Below, in pieces: positions 8,516-18,151 of a stretch of DNA of 64,000 nt (its first letter is position 1; each line of letters begins with the position of its first letter). The DNA comes from an uncultured Pelagibacteraceae bacterium (GTDB lineage: Bacteria; Pseudomonadota; Alphaproteobacteria; Pelagibacterales; Pelagibacteraceae): the NCBI GenBank assembly GCA_902596675.1, contig CACJUO010000004.1:1683-65682 (forward strand), read 5' to 3'. A model generated the notes under the pieces. It searched no databases. It had not been told where the DNA came from and saw only the letters and a program-made list of their open reading frames with translations. The position numbers were made by a program, and so were the translations under genes.

Positions 8516-9016
8516 ATGAATTATTTGAAAAATATTAAGCTTACAAATAATATAACTTTAATTAATAAACCATACAAAAAAAAAGAATATTATCATTTCT
8601 TAAAAACCTCTGATTTATCTTTGGTAGTTGCGGAAATTAAGAAAAACGTTTTTGTTCTAGTTAGTCAAAAAAGAATTCCAGTTAATAAAATCAACTATGA
8701 ATTTCCATCTGGTATGATTGATAAAGGAGAAAATTCTATAAGTGCTGCTTGTAGAGAATTTTATGAGGAAACAGGATATAAAATATTAGGAAGACCAAAA
8801 AAATTATTTACAATTAATTGTGAGCCAGGAAGGTTAACAACTAAAATTTATTGCTATTATTCAAATAGAATAATTAAAAAAAAAGGACCTGAGAAAGCTA
8901 TTAAAATTCATTTTCTATCTAAAGAAGAAATAAACAAATTAATTTTAAATGAAAAATTTTGTAATGCCTCTCATGTGGCTTCATTTTTTAAAGTTATAAA
9001 GGTGCCTACAAAGTAA
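8516..9016 (+). CDS. Nudix hydrolase (ADP-ribose pyrophosphatase-like)
   Basis: Intact Nudix box GMIDKGENSISAACREFYEETGY, preceded by QKRIP..YEFP. Confidence 0.88.
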   Translation: MNYLKNIKLTNNITLINKPYKKKEYYHFLKTSDLSLVVAEIKKNVFVLVSQKRIPVNKINYEFPSGMIDKGENSISAACREFYEETGYKILGRPKKLFTINCEPGRLTTKIYCYYSNRIIKKKGPEKAIKIHFLSKEEINKLILNEKFCNASHVASFFKVIKVPTK

Positions 9017-9025
9017 GCACCTTTT
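8998..9025 (+). terminator. Probable intrinsic terminator at end of arsenate operon
   Basis: AAAGGTGC-N11-GCACCTTTT hairpin spanning the Nudix stop. Confidence 0.55.
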
Positions 9026-9119
9026 ATAAGAGAAGAATAATGATTTCGTTTATGTAATTAATGATGAAATATTACTGATAAATTAATAAAATATTAATCT
9101 AATTTAAATTAATATTAAA

Positions 9120-10628
9120 TTAATTTGAATAAATTACCCTAGGTTCTAGAAATAATTCCCTTGATAAGGCTTTAAATTTTTTAGTCACTTGTTTTGAAAT
9201 AATTTCCTGGTGCTGGGATGGAATTTTTAAAAATACTGAATTACCTCTTTTATAAAGTTTAAACTCTTCTAAAAAAATTGTAGATATTGATGTAAGAGAA
9301 TTAGCAAATCTTAAGGCTGCACCAACTTGTTTGCAAGAATATATCTCGTTGTTATTTAAAAACGTTAAGTATTCTATCTTTGGGTTGTATTTTATACTAC
9401 AATATCTCCAGTAACAAGAAAGTGCCAATTGTATTCTTTCTTTATGTGAAAGTTTTAATAAAGGCGTATTTAATGTTTCTTGAAAAACCAACTCTGCTTT
9501 TTGGAATGCTCCCAAACCCCAATCCATATGACTTAGTACACAAGATAGATGAAGCAATTTTTGATTAAAATGCTCATTTCCCTCAAATATAGGTTTTATA
9601 AAATCAAAATATTTCTTATATGTAGATCCTAAATCGCCTCTTTTTTTTGAAATATGCTCTAATGATTTATTAAAAACAAAATTACTATCTGAGTTTTTAA
9701 ATAAATCTTTGGCAAGAGATCCTTCTCTAATACCGCTAATTGAGCAAATAACATTTTTTGGATTTGCTATGTTCATAATTTCTTCTAGAATTATTGAGCT
9801 ATAAGGAAGATAAGGTGTTCTAGACTTTGATATGTATTCAACTGATTTCAATTTAGATTTATTAAATGAAGAAATTTTTTCTAAAAATTTTGTGAGTTTT
9901 TCATTTTCAATTGAGTATTGATGAATAATATGGACTGGATATTCATTTTGAAATAAGTGTAATTTAAACAAAGCTCTCCACGTACCTCCCACCAAATATA
10001 AATTATTAAATTTTTTTTTAGATAACCATTTTTCATCTCTTAAGAGATTTTTGAGATATTTAGGTAAATTTCTTTTTTTAACAATAGGATTGTTAATTAA
10101 CCTTAAAACACCAACCGGAAGTGATGTTTTATTTGTTACAACATTGTTTTCAACTCTAGCAAGCTCTAAACTTCCACCACCTAAATCAGCAACAAGTCCA
10201 TCCACATTCTCAAATCCAATTTTAACTCCTTCAGCTGATGATTCGGCTTCTTCTTCACCAGTTAAAATATTTATATTTTTTTTAAATAAGTATTCTACTT
10301 CATCAATAAAGGGCTTTGCGTCTGTAGCTTCTCTTAATACAGCTGTTGCAATAATTTTAAGGTTATTAATTTTTGAAACATTAAGAATTTCTGAAAATCT
10401 TTTTAAGACTTTTAAAGCATATATCTTGCCTGATTTGTGAAGTTTTTTTGATTTATCTAAGTTTTTACCAAGTTCACAAACAGCTTTTTCGTTAAAAAAA
10501 GGTACTCTTGATGATGTAAAATCATCGTAAATTAACATTCTTATAGAATTTGAACCTATATCAATAATAGCTAATTTTGATTGTCTTAATTTTAAATTTT
10601 GCTTATTTTTAATTACTTTAAGTTCCAC
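9120..10628 (-). CDS. ppx: Exopolyphosphatase Ppx/GppA family
   Basis: IDIGSNSIR, ATAVLREA, GEEEA, DLGGGSLE, VGGTWR, GIREG; overlaps ppk. Confidence 0.93.
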   Translation of the reverse strand: MELKVIKNKQNLKLRQSKLAIIDIGSNSIRMLIYDDFTSSRVPFFNEKAVCELGKNLDKSKKLHKSGKIYALKVLKRFSEILNVSKINNLKIIATAVLREATDAKPFIDEVEYLFKKNINILTGEEEAESSAEGVKIGFENVDGLVADLGGGSLELARVENNVVTNKTSLPVGVLRLINNPIVKKRNLPKYLKNLLRDEKWLSKKKFNNLYLVGGTWRALFKLHLFQNEYPVHIIHQYSIENEKLTKFLEKISSFNKSKLKSVEYISKSRTPYLPYSSIILEEIMNIANPKNVICSISGIREGSLAKDLFKNSDSNFVFNKSLEHISKKRGDLGSTYKKYFDFIKPIFEGNEHFNQKLLHLSCVLSHMDWGLGAFQKAELVFQETLNTPLLKLSHKERIQLALSCYWRYCSIKYNPKIEYLTFLNNNEIYSCKQVGAALRFANSLTSISTIFLEEFKLYKRGNSVFLKIPSQHQEIISKQVTKKFKALSRELFLEPRVIYSN

Positions 10629-12768
10629 CTTTAACCAACCTTAAGTTTAATTTTTTAGGTTTAATTTTTAGTTTTGCTTTTCCTCTTCCTGATAAACTTG
10701 GGTTATTCATGAAATAATCATGTGCAGAAAAAGAATCTTTTCGACTATATTTAATTTTTTGATAATTTCCATCAGGATAAAGTTCCCAGCTCTGCTTCGT
10801 GTCGAGATAATTGGCCATCATTATTTGGTCTAAAACCTGTTCATGCACAGTTTGATTTTCAATTGGCACGAGAAGTTCGACTCTTCTATCTAGATTTCTT
10901 GGCATCAAATCTGCAGATGAAATATAAACTTTTGCATTTCTGTTGGGCATAAATTTTCCATTTGCAAAACAATAAATTCTTGAGTGTTCAAGAAATCTTC
11001 CAATCATACTTTTTACAATAATATTTTCCGATTTATTTTTAATACCAGGTCTTAAACAACATACACCTCTTACAAATAAAAAGACTTTTACACCAACACT
11101 AGAAGCCTCATAAAACTTATCAATTATTTGTGGATCAACTAATGAATTCATTTTAGCCCAAATCTCAGCGTGTTTCCCTTTTTTTGCATTACTTATTTCC
11201 TTATCTATATTCTGATTTAAAGTTTTTCTTAAATTTACTGGAGAAATGGAAATTTTATTTAAATTTCTTGGTTTTGAATAACCAGTCACATAATTGTAGA
11301 ATTTTTCTACATCTGTAGCCATTTTTTTATCAGAGCTAAATAGAGATAAGTCTGTGTATATTTTTGCATTTACAGGATGATAATTGCCTGTACCCAAATG
11401 GAAATATGTTTGAATTTTACCACCCTCACGTCGATGTATTAGTGATGATTTGGCATGTGTTTTGTATTTTGCAAAACCATAAACAATTTGAACTCCAGCT
11501 TTTTCAAGACTTCTTGCCAGTTGTATATTTGCTTCTTCATCAAATCTAGCTTTGATTTCAATTAAAGCTGTAACTGTTTTACCATTTTCGGCAGCGCTAA
11601 TTAATGCTTTAACAATTGGTGAATCTAAAGTAGTCCTATACAAAGTTTGTTTAATAGCAATTACTTTTTTATCTATAGCCGCTTGATTTAAAAATTCAAT
11701 TACAGCATCAAAAGTCTCAAATGGATGATGAACTATTAGGTCTTTTTTCTTAATTGTCTCAAAAAAATTATTATTGTATTCTTTTAATCTTTCTACGTCT
11801 CTTGGTGTAAAGTTTTTAAATTTTAATTTAGAATTTTTAATTTTACAAATTTGGTCTATATCCTGGATTCCAACTAAACCTGCTACTTCATAAATATAAT
11901 TTGGATTAATTTCTAATTTATTTGTTATAAATTTTACAAGTTCTTTGTCGCTTTTTTCTAAAATTTCTAATCTAACAATATCACCAGTTCTTCTTCGCTT
12001 TAATGCTAGTTCAAATGATCTGACTAAATCCTCAGCCTCTTCTTGAATTTCTACATCACTATCTCTAATTACTCTAAATATCATTTTCTTTTCTAATAAA
12101 TGATCTGGAAAAATCTCAGAGGCAAAGTAACCAATAACATCATCTAGAACTAAAAATTTCTTAAATGATTTTCCTCCGTCTATTTCAATAAATCTTGATA
12201 AAGCTTTAGGAATTACAATAATTGAATTAAGAATTCTCTTTTTTTTCTTTTTCTTCAGCTTCATAACTAAAGCTCTCCCTTGATTAATAATAAATGGAAA
12301 AGGATGAGCAGGATCAATCGCTGATGGTGTAAGTAGAGGATAGATTTCTTCCTTAAATATTTCTAATAATTTCTTTTTTTCCTTTGTATTAAGGTTTTCT
12401 GGCTTAGTTAATAAAATATTATTACTCTTCAGCTGATTTGATAGATTATTAAATATGGTATTTTGTTTATTTAATAGATTTTTTGTATCATTGATAACCA
12501 TCTCCATCTGTTCTTCAGGTGTTAGTCCATCTGAACTTAGTGAGTCGACTTCTTGTTTAATCTGACTGTATAGTCCAGCAACTCGAACCATAAAAAATTC
12601 GTCTAAATTTGAGCCTGCAATAGATAAAAATTTTACTCTCTCATAAAGAGGATTTTCAATATTTTGCGCCTCAAAAAGAACCCTATCGTTAAATTTTAAC
12701 CATGATAATTCTCTATTTATATAATTAGATTTAAGCTCTTCTTTGTCTTGTTTTTTTAATGCAGTCAT
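10618..12768 (-). CDS. ppk1: Polyphosphate kinase 1
   Basis: NRELSWLKFNDRV, SNLDEFFMVRV, HPFP, HHPFETF, KTHAK, GRFLEHSR, RNLDRRVE; start set at ATG 12768 to avoid overlap with sixA. Confidence 0.95.
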   Translation of the reverse strand: MTALKKQDKEELKSNYINRELSWLKFNDRVLFEAQNIENPLYERVKFLSIAGSNLDEFFMVRVAGLYSQIKQEVDSLSSDGLTPEEQMEMVINDTKNLLNKQNTIFNNLSNQLKSNNILLTKPENLNTKEKKKLLEIFKEEIYPLLTPSAIDPAHPFPFIINQGRALVMKLKKKKKKRILNSIIVIPKALSRFIEIDGGKSFKKFLVLDDVIGYFASEIFPDHLLEKKMIFRVIRDSDVEIQEEAEDLVRSFELALKRRRTGDIVRLEILEKSDKELVKFITNKLEINPNYIYEVAGLVGIQDIDQICKIKNSKLKFKNFTPRDVERLKEYNNNFFETIKKKDLIVHHPFETFDAVIEFLNQAAIDKKVIAIKQTLYRTTLDSPIVKALISAAENGKTVTALIEIKARFDEEANIQLARSLEKAGVQIVYGFAKYKTHAKSSLIHRREGGKIQTYFHLGTGNYHPVNAKIYTDLSLFSSDKKMATDVEKFYNYVTGYSKPRNLNKISISPVNLRKTLNQNIDKEISNAKKGKHAEIWAKMNSLVDPQIIDKFYEASSVGVKVFLFVRGVCCLRPGIKNKSENIIVKSMIGRFLEHSRIYCFANGKFMPNRNAKVYISSADLMPRNLDRRVELLVPIENQTVHEQVLDQIMMANYLDTKQSWELYPDGNYQKIKYSRKDSFSAHDYFMNNPSLSGRGKAKLKIKPKKLNLRLVKGGT

Positions 12769-12781
12769 ATATTTAGAATTA

Positions 12782-13297
12782 ATGCGCGAATTATATGTCA
12801 TGAGACATGCAAAATCTAGTTGGGAAGACCCAAATTTAAGTGATTTTGAAAGACCACTAAATAAAAGAGGCATCAAAAGTGCAAAAATTATAAGTGAATT
12901 TTTTGTTAAAAAAAAATATTCCTTTGATTATGTGCTTTTATCTTCATCAAAAAGAACAAAAAAAACTCTAAATTTAATACTGAAAAAAATAAATAAACCA
13001 AAAAAAATTAAAAGTTCCTCAAAGCTTTATTTAGTGAATGAAAATGAAATTATAGGGTATATAAAAAATATCCATAAAAGGTTTAAGAAAGTATTGCTAA
13101 TAAATCATGAACCTGCTCTTAAAAATTTAGTTATAAAATTAACTAAAAATAAAGATAATAGTAATTTTAAACTATTAAATTATAAATTCCCAACTTGTGC
13201 ATTTGCTAAAATAGTTTTCGATACAAATGATTGGATAAATATTGAAGAGAAAGGAATTATTTCTGAATTTGTAAGGCCTAAAGATTTAGTTATCTAA
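12782..13297 (+). CDS. sixA: SixA-type phosphohistidine phosphatase
   Basis: MRHAKSSW, DFERPLNKRG, SSSKRT, INHEP, FPTCA; start at ATG 12782. Confidence 0.88.
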   Translation: MRELYVMRHAKSSWEDPNLSDFERPLNKRGIKSAKIISEFFVKKKYSFDYVLLSSSKRTKKTLNLILKKINKPKKIKSSSKLYLVNENEIIGYIKNIHKRFKKVLLINHEPALKNLVIKLTKNKDNSNFKLLNYKFPTCAFAKIVFDTNDWINIEEKGIISEFVRPKDLVI

Positions 13298-13969
13298 CGA
13301 ATAGCCTGCAGATCTCACTGTGCGAATTAAACTTTCTAATCCACTTACATTTAAAACTTTTCTCAATCTTCTTATGTGAACATCAACCGTTCTACTTTCT
13401 ACATAAATATTTTCACCCCAAACATTATTTAATAATTGTTCTCTTGAATAAACTCTTTTTGGATTTTTGATAAAAAAATCTAATAATTTAAATTCTGTGG
13501 GTCCCAAAATTATTTCCTTATCATTTCTATAAACTCTTTTTGCCAATCTATCAATTTTAAGGTCTTTAAATTCCACAACATCAGTTGATGACAAAGGTTT
13601 AGCCCTTCTTAACAAAGATTTAATTCTTGCATTTAATTCTTTTTGGCTAAATGGTTTAGTGACGTAATCATCAGCTCCAGTTTCAAATGCTTTTAATTTA
13701 TCTTCCTCCTCTCCTTTTGCAGTAAGCATAATAATTGGAATGTCATTATATTTTTTATCCCTTTTTAACTGTTTACATATTTCGACACCTGATAAATCTG
13801 GCAACATCCAATCTAATAAGATTAAGTCTGGCATTTTTTGTTTTATTGATTTTAAAGAGTCCTCTCCATTTTCACTTGAAGAAACCTTATGACCTTCTTT
13901 TTCTAAATTATATTTTAATAAGGTTGAAATTGGCGCCTCATCTTCTGCAATAAATATGTGTGCACTCAT
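13286..13969 (-). CDS. phoB: Phosphate regulon response regulator
   Basis: LLDWMLP, GADDYVTKPFS, LGPTEF, RTVDVHIRRLRK, RTVRSAGY; after phoU. Confidence 0.96.
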   Translation of the reverse strand: MSAHIFIAEDEAPISTLLKYNLEKEGHKVSSSENGEDSLKSIKQKMPDLILLDWMLPDLSGVEICKQLKRDKKYNDIPIIMLTAKGEEEDKLKAFETGADDYVTKPFSQKELNARIKSLLRRAKPLSSTDVVEFKDLKIDRLAKRVYRNDKEIILGPTEFKLLDFFIKNPKRVYSREQLLNNVWGENIYVESRTVDVHIRRLRKVLNVSGLESLIRTVRSAGYSLDN

Positions 13970-14670
13970 TACTTTGTTAATACTGAGTCGCTACCCTTAG
14001 GTCTTTCTCCCTCCAAATAATCACCTGAAACTAAATAATATACTTGCTCAGCAATGTTGGTTGTATGATCTCCTATCCTTTCAATATTTTTAGTTACAAA
14101 TAAAAGATGTGAGCCATATTCAATATTTTCCATATTTGATTTAAGTAATGAGATGACTTCTTCCATACATTGATTTGTTAAATCATCAACTTGTTCATCA
14201 CTCTCCCATACTGTTCGAGCTACATCGCTTGATCTACTTAGATATGAGTCTAAAACAATTTTTAATTGTTTTTGAACCAAAATGCAGATTCTATTCATTG
14301 CTTCAATTAAATTATTTGGCAAATGCGTATTTATAAGTTTTGTTCTTTTTGCAATATTTTTGGCAAGATCACCTATTCTTTCTAAGTCTGAAGACATCTT
14401 TAGAGCTGCAACTGTTTCTCTAAGATCCACAGCCATTGGTTGTCTTAAAGCAATTAAATTTACTACCTCATTCTCTATCTGAGACTCAAAATTATCTATA
14501 ACTACATCTGAATTTATAACATCATCAGCAAGGTTATGATCATTTGTTGATATTGCTTTCATTGCTTTACCTAAAGCGGTTTCGCAATTTGCCCCCATTT
14601 CAACTAAATCATTGTTTAATTTTTTTAATTGGTCTTCGTAAGATTTTACTGTGTGTGGTTTTTCATTCAT
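13969..14670 (-). CDS. phoU: Phosphate signalling protein
   Basis: RQPMAVDLR, DLERIGD, NIERIGDHTTNIAE. Confidence 0.96.
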   Translation of the reverse strand: MNEKPHTVKSYEDQLKKLNNDLVEMGANCETALGKAMKAISTNDHNLADDVINSDVVIDNFESQIENEVVNLIALRQPMAVDLRETVAALKMSSDLERIGDLAKNIAKRTKLINTHLPNNLIEAMNRICILVQKQLKIVLDSYLSRSSDVARTVWESDEQVDDLTNQCMEEVISLLKSNMENIEYGSHLLFVTKNIERIGDHTTNIAEQVYYLVSGDYLEGERPKGSDSVLTK

Positions 14671-15425
14671 TATCCAAACCTTCCTGTTATGTAATCCTGC
14701 GTTTGTTGTTGAGTCGGATTCTTGAATATCTTATCAGTAGAACCTACTTCAATCAATTTGCCAAGGTGAAAAAAACCAGTATTTTGAGAGACTCTTGCAG
14801 CTTGGGACATTGAGTGAGTAACAATTATTATAGTATGTTCCTTTCTTAATTCATCAATTAGCTCCTCTATTTGTGCTGTCGCAATTGGATCAAGAGCTGA
14901 ACATGGCTCATCCATGAGTATTACCTCTGGCTTAATTGATATTGTTCTTGCAATACAAAGTCTTTGTTGTTGTCCACCTGATAAACCAGTACCTGGTTCG
15001 TGAATTCTGTCTTTTACCTCTTCCCAAAGTGCTGCTTTTCTCAAACTCTCTTCAACAATATTATCCATTTCACTTTTAGATTGAGCTATCCCATGTATCT
15101 CAGGTCCATAAGAAATATTCTCATAAATGGTTTTTGGAAAAGGATTTGGTTTTTGAAAAATCATTCCAACTTTTTCTCTAAGCCTTACAACATCTGTATC
15201 TTTTTGATTTATGTCATAGTCATTAATTTTTACGACACCACTGACTTTACAAATATCGATCACATCATTCATTCTATTTAAACATCTTAAGAATGTTGAT
15301 TTACCACAACCAGAAGGTCCAATAAGAGCAGTTACTTTATTTGCTTCGATATCCATATTGATATCAAATAAAGCTTGTTTCGCTCCATAATAGACATCAA
15401 CATTTTTTGCTTCTATTTTATTCAT
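14670..15425 (-). CDS. pstB: Phosphate ABC transporter ATPase
   Basis: [38 protein letters not shown]. Confidence 0.97.
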   Translation of the reverse strand: MNKIEAKNVDVYYGAKQALFDINMDIEANKVTALIGPSGCGKSTFLRCLNRMNDVIDICKVSGVVKINDYDINQKDTDVVRLREKVGMIFQKPNPFPKTIYENISYGPEIHGIAQSKSEMDNIVEESLRKAALWEEVKDRIHEPGTGLSGGQQQRLCIARTISIKPEVILMDEPCSALDPIATAQIEELIDELRKEHTIIIVTHSMSQAARVSQNTGFFHLGKLIEVGSTDKIFKNPTQQQTQDYITGRFG

Positions 15426-15428
15426 ATT

Positions 15429-16697
15429 TTAGTTCCATTTCTTTTCAAATTTATGTCTAATTAATTGTGCTCCTAAATTCATAAAAATTAGGAAAAATAA
15501 TAATACCATTATGCAAGCAGACACTTTTTCTACAAATCCTCTTTCGGCACTCTCCGCCCATATATAGATTTGAACAGGCAAGCTAGCTGCTGGATCCATA
15601 GGGGTTCCTGGTATTGTGTTAACAAAAGCAACCATTCCAATTAATATTAAAGGCGCTGTTTCACCTAATGCTTGAGCTAAGCCAATTATAGTACCTGATA
15701 AAGTTCCAGGTAAAGCCAATGGCACGGTATGATGCATCGTCGTTTGCATTCTGCTAGCTCCCATTGCTAAAGCTGCTTCTCTTATACTGGGTGGAACAGC
15801 CTTCAATGATGCTCTGGCTGCTATTATAATTGTTGGAAGAGTCATTAACGAAAGGGTTATACCTCCAACTAAGGGTGTTGATCTAGGTAAACCAAACACG
15901 GCCAATAAAACACCTAATCCTAATAATCCAAAAACAATTGAAGGAACTGCTGCTAAATTATTGATATTTACTTCTATAAAATCTGTAAATCTATTTTTTG
16001 GTGCAAATTCTTCTAGATAAACTGCAGCTAGTAAGGCAACAGGAAAGGCAATTGACAGACAGACAAGTATGGAAAATAATGAACCCATAAATGAGCTTGC
16101 TATTCCCGCTAACTCAGCTTCTCTAGAATCAGCATTTGTAAAAAAACTGGCATTAAATTCACTTATAACTCTTCCATCTTCATTTAATTTATCAAAAATT
16201 TTTAATTGATAATCAGATGCTCTTCTTCTATTTTCAGGTATATCTCTTGGATAATTTCCTTTAAATACTTGATCTAAGTCGTCAGAGGCTGTTAATTTTA
16301 CATCAACTGTTTTTCCAAAGCTATCAGGATTGTCTAGAAGATAATATTTTAATTCTCTCTCAAAAGTAAATGCAAACATTTTTTTTAATTCCATAATTTG
16401 ATCCTCACTTGCATCTGGATCGAGAGTGATAAATGTTTCTATCCCAAACTCATAAAAGTCTGCATCATTAATATCTTCGGTTGTTGGTTTTTTATCTGGA
16501 TCCAAATATAATAAATCTGCATTATAATTGACTGGTATTACCAACCATGTTTTTTGAAATGCTGTGTAACCAGTAGAAAATATCTTTGTTAGAAATACCA
16601 CTAGAAATAATAAAGCCATAAATATTGCAGCTTTACCGTAAAATTGAAATCTTTTTTCAGCTTTGTATCTTTTAATTAAACGTTCTTCTTTATTCAT
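15429..16697 (-). CDS. pstA: Phosphate ABC transporter permease
   Basis: YLEEFAP, NINNLAAVPSIVFGLLG, ALGETAPL. Confidence 0.96.
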   Translation of the reverse strand: MNKEERLIKRYKAEKRFQFYGKAAIFMALLFLVVFLTKIFSTGYTAFQKTWLVIPVNYNADLLYLDPDKKPTTEDINDADFYEFGIETFITLDPDASEDQIMELKKMFAFTFERELKYYLLDNPDSFGKTVDVKLTASDDLDQVFKGNYPRDIPENRRRASDYQLKIFDKLNEDGRVISEFNASFFTNADSREAELAGIASSFMGSLFSILVCLSIAFPVALLAAVYLEEFAPKNRFTDFIEVNINNLAAVPSIVFGLLGLGVLLAVFGLPRSTPLVGGITLSLMTLPTIIIAARASLKAVPPSIREAALAMGASRMQTTMHHTVPLALPGTLSGTIIGLAQALGETAPLILIGMVAFVNTIPGTPMDPAASLPVQIYIWAESAERGFVEKVSACIMVLLFFLIFMNLGAQLIRHKFEKKWN

Positions 16698-18072
16698 ATT
16701 TCTCTCTATATTTTTTCACAACAGATAAGGCAACAATATTTAAAACTAAAGTAACTATAAATAAACTTAATCCCAGTGCAAAAGCTGCTTGGGTTTTCGG
16801 ATCCCCAAATTGTTGATCACCAATTAAGATAACAACAATTTGAGCAGTTATTGTTGAAGTGGACTCTAATGGATTAAGAGTTAGGTTTGCTGCCAACCCT
16901 GATGCCATTACAACAATCATTGTTTCACCAATAGCTCTAGAAACACCTAATAAAATAGATCCAACAATTCCAGGTAAAGCAGCTGGAAAAATTACTCTTT
17001 TTATTGTCTCAGATTTTGTTGCTCCCATGGCATAGCTACCATCTCTAAGATTTTGAGGAACACTTGTAATTACGTCGTCACTTAAACTTGATATAAATGG
17101 AATAATCATAATTCCCATAACACCACCGGCTGCCAGTGCGCTTTCTGCTGACACCTCTAGTCCTAATGATAATCCAAGGTCTTTTAAAAAAGGTCCAACT
17201 GTTAAAGCAGCAAAAAAACCATAAACAACAGTTGGAATTCCTGCTAAAATTTCAATGACAGGTTTGGCATATTGTCTTAAACGTTTGCTCGCATATTCCG
17301 CCATATATATACCACTTAACAAACCAATTGGTATTGCAACACACATTGCAATCAAAGCTATAAAAAAGGTGCCTGCAAATATCGGAACTGCACCAAAAGT
17401 ATCACTATACATTGATGGATCAAGTGCTTCACTTGCATCTCGAACAAAAGCTTTTGCAGGATACCAGTGCATTCCAAATACAAAATCAAATAGTGGGATA
17501 ACTTGAAAAAATTCTATTGTTTGAAACAAAAGGGAAAAAATAATACCAATGGTTGTTAATATCGCTGCCAGTGATGATAAAAAAAATACTCCTTTAAGAA
17601 ATATTTCAACTGGTTCTCTTGTTTTAGTGTTGTTTGAAATCTTTGTATACGCATAACCTGTTGATGCAATTAATAATGATAAAACTATAACGACCTTAGA
17701 CCACTTTGCTATGTCTCTAAAGTTTAAATATTTTTCTGCTGATCTTTGTAACTCTGCAGTAAGTTCTCCTGAATACTGATTTCGAGAAAGTGATTTTACT
17801 TTTTCATAAAATAAATTCAACTCTCCTTCTAGAAGTCCTTGCGAAGAATAATCACTAAGTATAAAAAATCTTACTATGCTAGGTTCAAATATCGACCATA
17901 AAGCATACAAAAGAAAAGCAGGTGCGCCACACCATATAGCAAGATAGTATCCATAAAATTTTGGAAGAGCTGTTAACCGTTTGTTAGATTGAATTAAAAT
18001 AGCTTTTTTTCTTCCAAAGAAGTAACTGGATAAAGCTAAAAGAACGATTGTTAAAAATATTACTGAATTCAA
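16690..18072 (-). CDS. pstC: Phosphate ABC transporter permease
   Basis: EILAGIPTVVYG, SRAIGETMIV; TTG start with AAAGGAG SD. Confidence 0.96.
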   Translation of the reverse strand: MNSVIFLTIVLLALSSYFFGRKKAILIQSNKRLTALPKFYGYYLAIWCGAPAFLLYALWSIFEPSIVRFFILSDYSSQGLLEGELNLFYEKVKSLSRNQYSGELTAELQRSAEKYLNFRDIAKWSKVVIVLSLLIASTGYAYTKISNNTKTREPVEIFLKGVFFLSSLAAILTTIGIIFSLLFQTIEFFQVIPLFDFVFGMHWYPAKAFVRDASEALDPSMYSDTFGAVPIFAGTFFIALIAMCVAIPIGLLSGIYMAEYASKRLRQYAKPVIEILAGIPTVVYGFFAALTVGPFLKDLGLSLGLEVSAESALAAGGVMGIMIIPFISSLSDDVITSVPQNLRDGSYAMGATKSETIKRVIFPAALPGIVGSILLGVSRAIGETMIVVMASGLAANLTLNPLESTSTITAQIVVILIGDQQFGDPKTQAAFALGLSLFIVTLVLNIVALSVVKKYREKYE

Positions 18073-18096
18073 TTATTGGCTCCTTTAGATTTATAC

Positions 18097-18129
18097 AAAA
18101 AAAAGGGCCCATTTAATAGGGCCCCTTTT
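18097..18129 (-). terminator. Stem-loop between pstS and pstC (terminator / mRNA stabiliser)
   Basis: AAAAGGGCCC-ATTTAATA-GGGCCCCTTTT with A/T tracts on both sides. Confidence 0.85.
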
Positions 18130-18151
18130 GAGTTTATTAACAAATATTATA

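Noticed and set aside
12769-12876. N-terminal extensions of ppk1 (12876) and sixA (12743) in the ORF track
   Set aside because: Mutually overlapping and not family-like; ATG 12768 and 12782 fit better. Same applies to track starts for DAG kinase, cinA, lexA and skp
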